From positions 89,202 to 153,201 of the forward strand of contig CAVQEW010000003.1 of assembly GCA_963711655.1 (NCBI GenBank): a stretch of DNA of 64,000 nucleotides. The letters run 5' to 3'. The notes beneath the pieces were generated by a model, which saw only the letters and a program-made list of their open reading frames with translations, made no database searches and was not told where the DNA came from. A program made the translations under genes and the position numbers. Positions 61,939 through 64,000 of this stretch are shown here, one piece after another (the first letter of the stretch is position 1; each line of letters starts with the position of its first letter). The DNA is from an uncultured Actinomycetota bacterium (GTDB lineage Bacteria; Actinomycetota; UBA4738; HRBIN12).

Positions 61939-62379
61939 ATGAGCCAGGTCGAGACCGTAGCCAGATCACCGTTCCAGACCGTCAAGCGCCACGTCGAGTC
62001 GTTCCTGCGGGACTTCGAGTGGTCCTGGACGAGCGCCGTGCTCTTCGCGATGGCCCTCCTGTTCTTCCTGCTGATCACGTCCTCCGTGATGCCGTCGTGG
62101 TGGATGTACTACGCCGAGCAGAAGCTGGGATGGCAGGGACCGACGGACCTCGAGGCGTTCCTGCGGGACCCCTTCAACACCGGCGGCAGCTTCGTCTCGC
62201 GGGAGTCCTTCCTCTGGCTCTCCAACGAGGGCCTGCTCATGCTCCGCGACGCGATCGCCATGGGGCTCACGACCGGCCCGATCATCACGGTCCTCGTCGT
62301 CTCGGCGATCATGCAGAACTGGCGGCGCAAGCTGCGCGGTCAGTCCGGCGACGTCCGTCCGACCGGTGGATACCGGTAG
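61939..62379 (+). CDS. Hypothetical membrane protein
   Basis: MSQVETVARSPFQTV... carries one or two hydrophobic helices. No family was recognised. The ORF track starts at 61903. Confidence 0.35.
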   Translation: MSQVETVARSPFQTVKRHVESFLRDFEWSWTSAVLFAMALLFFLLITSSVMPSWWMYYAEQKLGWQGPTDLEAFLRDPFNTGGSFVSRESFLWLSNEGLLMLRDAIAMGLTTGPIITVLVVSAIMQNWRRKLRGQSGDVRPTGGYR

Positions 62380-62392
62380 GCCAGGGAGAACA

Positions 62393-62789
62393 GATGCCGT
62401 TCACCAAGACCGAGGTCGACATCCACGAGGACTACACGCTGGAGGCGGTCGACCCGTCGTGGCTCTCCGAGGGCGTGAAGTCGCCGAAGCACCTGATGCT
62501 GGACCCGGACAACTGCATCCTGTGCCGGGCATGCGAGGACGTGTGCCCGTGGAACTGCATCTTCATGCTCGCGCCGGAGATCGTCGAAGGCGCGGAGACG
62601 ACCGCGTCGGAGGCCGAGGTGCTCAACTCGAGCGCGATCTTCGTCGTCGACGACAACGCGTGCACGCGGTGCTCGGTCTGCGTCGACCGGTGCCCGACGG
62701 ACACGCTGTACTATGCGCGGCTGCCGGAGGGTTCCGCGGGCAGGCGGACGATGGCCGAGGTTCCGACGTCCCAGGCGGCGGAGGAATGA
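62393..62789 (+). CDS. 2x[4Fe-4S] ferredoxin-like protein
   Basis: [12 protein letters not shown] and [12 protein letters not shown]. It lies within ORF 62019-62789. Confidence 0.7.
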
Positions 62790-62818
62790 CGGCGCCGACC
62801 GCGAGAGGGGGAACGCGT

Positions 62819-63588
62819 TGAAGTTGAAGCCCCCGTCGCCGAGCGAGGTCGGCGACCGCCTGCGGGACACCGAGGTCTGGAAGTCGATCTTCCGGCCGGG
62901 CTCGATCTTCCGGAAGGGCTACAAGGACACCTCGCGCGACCGCGCCCTCGCGACGATGAACAACGTGCTGTACCACCTCCACCCGGTGAAGGTGAAGCGC
63001 CACGGGCTGAAGCTGACCTACACGTTCTGCCTGGGCGGTCTCTCGTTCTTCCTGTTCATCCTGCTCACCGTCACGGGCATCTTCCTGATGTTCTTCTACC
63101 GCCCGATGGCCGACCTCGGAGGGGCGCCGGCGTACGCCGACATGCAGGGCATCCGAACGTCGGTGTTCTTCGGTGACTTCGTGCGGAACCTGCACCGATG
63201 GGGCGCGCACCTGATGGTCTTCAGCGTGGCGCTCCACATGGCGCGGGTCTTCTACACCGGCGCCTACAAGCCCCCGCGCGAGTTCAACTGGGTCGTGGGC
63301 GTCATCCTGCTGTTCCTGACGCTCGGCCTGTCGTTCACCGGCTACCTCCTCCCCTGGGACCAGCTCGCGATCTGGGCCGTGACCGTGGGCACCTCGCTCG
63401 CGGGCTACTCGCCCTTCATCGCGAAGCAGATGAACTTCCTGCTGCTCGGCGGCGTCGTCGTGGGACCGGAGACGCTGCTCCGTTGGTACGTGCTCCACGT
63501 GTTGGCTCTGCCGTTCGTCCTGGTGCTGTTCCTCGCGGTCCACTTCTGGCGGATCCGCAAGGACGGCGGGATCTCGGGACCCCTCTAG
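62819..63588 (+). CDS. Cytochrome b6-type cytochrome b (the short, N-terminal-half form of bc/b6f-family cytochrome b)
   Basis: …[27 protein letters not shown]…[23 protein letters not shown]…[32 protein letters not shown] is the typical bis-His heme b ligand spacing. The start is uncertain; a TTG or GTG near 62819 is likely. Confidence 0.75.
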
Positions 63589-63599
63589 GAGGCTTGGGG

Positions 63600-64000
63600 A
63601 TGGCGCGCGAGGACACCCCGCTCGACCAGGAGGTCTTCGACCGCGTCCTGAAGGAGCAGCTCGACGCCGGCACCGACAAGCGTGTCGCCGAGGGTCGGGC
63701 TCGATCGGCGGCCGTCCGTGCCTACAACGCCGCGCATCCCGAAGAGGAGGCCGCCGCACCCGCGGCCGCGGCCGGTGGGAACGGGGAGGCTCCAGGCGCC
63801 CGCAGCAGCAGCGGCGGCGGCCCCGGCTGCAGCGGCCGCCGCACCCGGGCAAGCGGCCATGGTGGCGGCCGCGCCCGTCAGTGCCCCGACCCGATCGGCG
63901 CCGCTTCCCACGGGGAACATCCCGACGCCCAAGAAGGGCGCCCCGGACAAGCACCGGCTGCTGGCGCTCGTCCCGCCGGAGGGGATCCAGCGCGTCGAGC
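63600..64000 (+). CDS. Partial ORF downstream of cytochrome b, with its 3' end outside the window. It is either a hydrophilic Ala-rich protein or, in an adjacent frame, an N-terminal segment resembling the start of subunit-IV/QcrC-like partners.
   Basis: It begins MAREDTPLDQEVFDRVLKEQLDAG... The adjacent frame reads ...TPKKGAPDKHRLLALVPPEGIQRVE. There is too little sequence to decide. Confidence 0.2.
   Translation, partial: MAREDTPLDQEVFDRVLKEQLDAGTDKRVAEGRARSAAVRAYNAAHPEEEAAAPAAAAGGNGEAPGARSSSGGGPGCSGRRTRASGHGGGRARQCPDPIGAASHGEHPDAQEGRPGQAPAAGARPAGGDPARR

Noticed and set aside
1-64000. Search for a CRISPR array, transposase/IS, integrase or phage structural genes
   Set aside because: No direct-repeat/spacer periodicity and no DDE or tyrosine-recombinase-like ORFs were found. 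The only repeats are the tRNA-like units and the (GGTY)n tracts reported above.

Overview
This 64 kb window is high-GC (about 70%) and reads like a chromosomal region from an actinobacterium-like aerobe. It is dominated by respiratory-chain genes.

On the minus strand, 21.7–30.4 kb holds a 10-gene partial NADH:quinone oxidoreductase cluster (nuoA,B,C,H,I,J,K,L,M,N, with no nuoD/E/F/G). Next comes a polyprenyl synthetase, and then a complete 14-gene nuoA–N cluster at 31.5–46.0 kb. A geranylgeranyl-reductase-like gene follows the complete cluster.

Further along are heme A biosynthesis genes (ctaA/ctaB, possibly fused), a TlpA-like thioredoxin and a two-domain cupredoxin. After these sits a caa3-type cytochrome c oxidase operon (subunit II with a fused cytochrome c domain, I, III, IV and CtaG). 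It is co-oriented with system II cytochrome c maturation genes (ccdA, resB, ccsA). A b6-type cytochrome b with an adjacent 2[4Fe-4S] ferredoxin lies at the 3' edge.

The first 20 kb is more accessory-like. It contains a PAS-GGDEF-EAL protein (5' partial), DUF2461, a HemK-like methyltransferase, an HExxH zincin-like protein, an M15-like peptidase and a 1040-aa membrane-anchored patatin-like phospholipase. It also contains an AlkZ/YcaQ-like winged-helix protein, a heavily frameshifted MMPL transporter and two DHFR-family (RibD C-terminal) paralogs flanked by degenerate tRNA-like repeats. Beyond these are a cyclase–AAA–TPR signalling protein followed by shattered ABC substrate-binding-protein remnants, a tRNA-Tyr, a YajQ c-di-GMP effector, a GSA-aminomutase-like aminotransferase and htpX.

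Many otherwise conserved genes are split across reading frames, some at homopolymer runs. Uncorrected indel errors are the most likely explanation, but real pseudogenes in the accessory region cannot be ruled out. No CRISPR array, integrase or transposase was seen.

Coordinates given for frameshifted genes are approximate.
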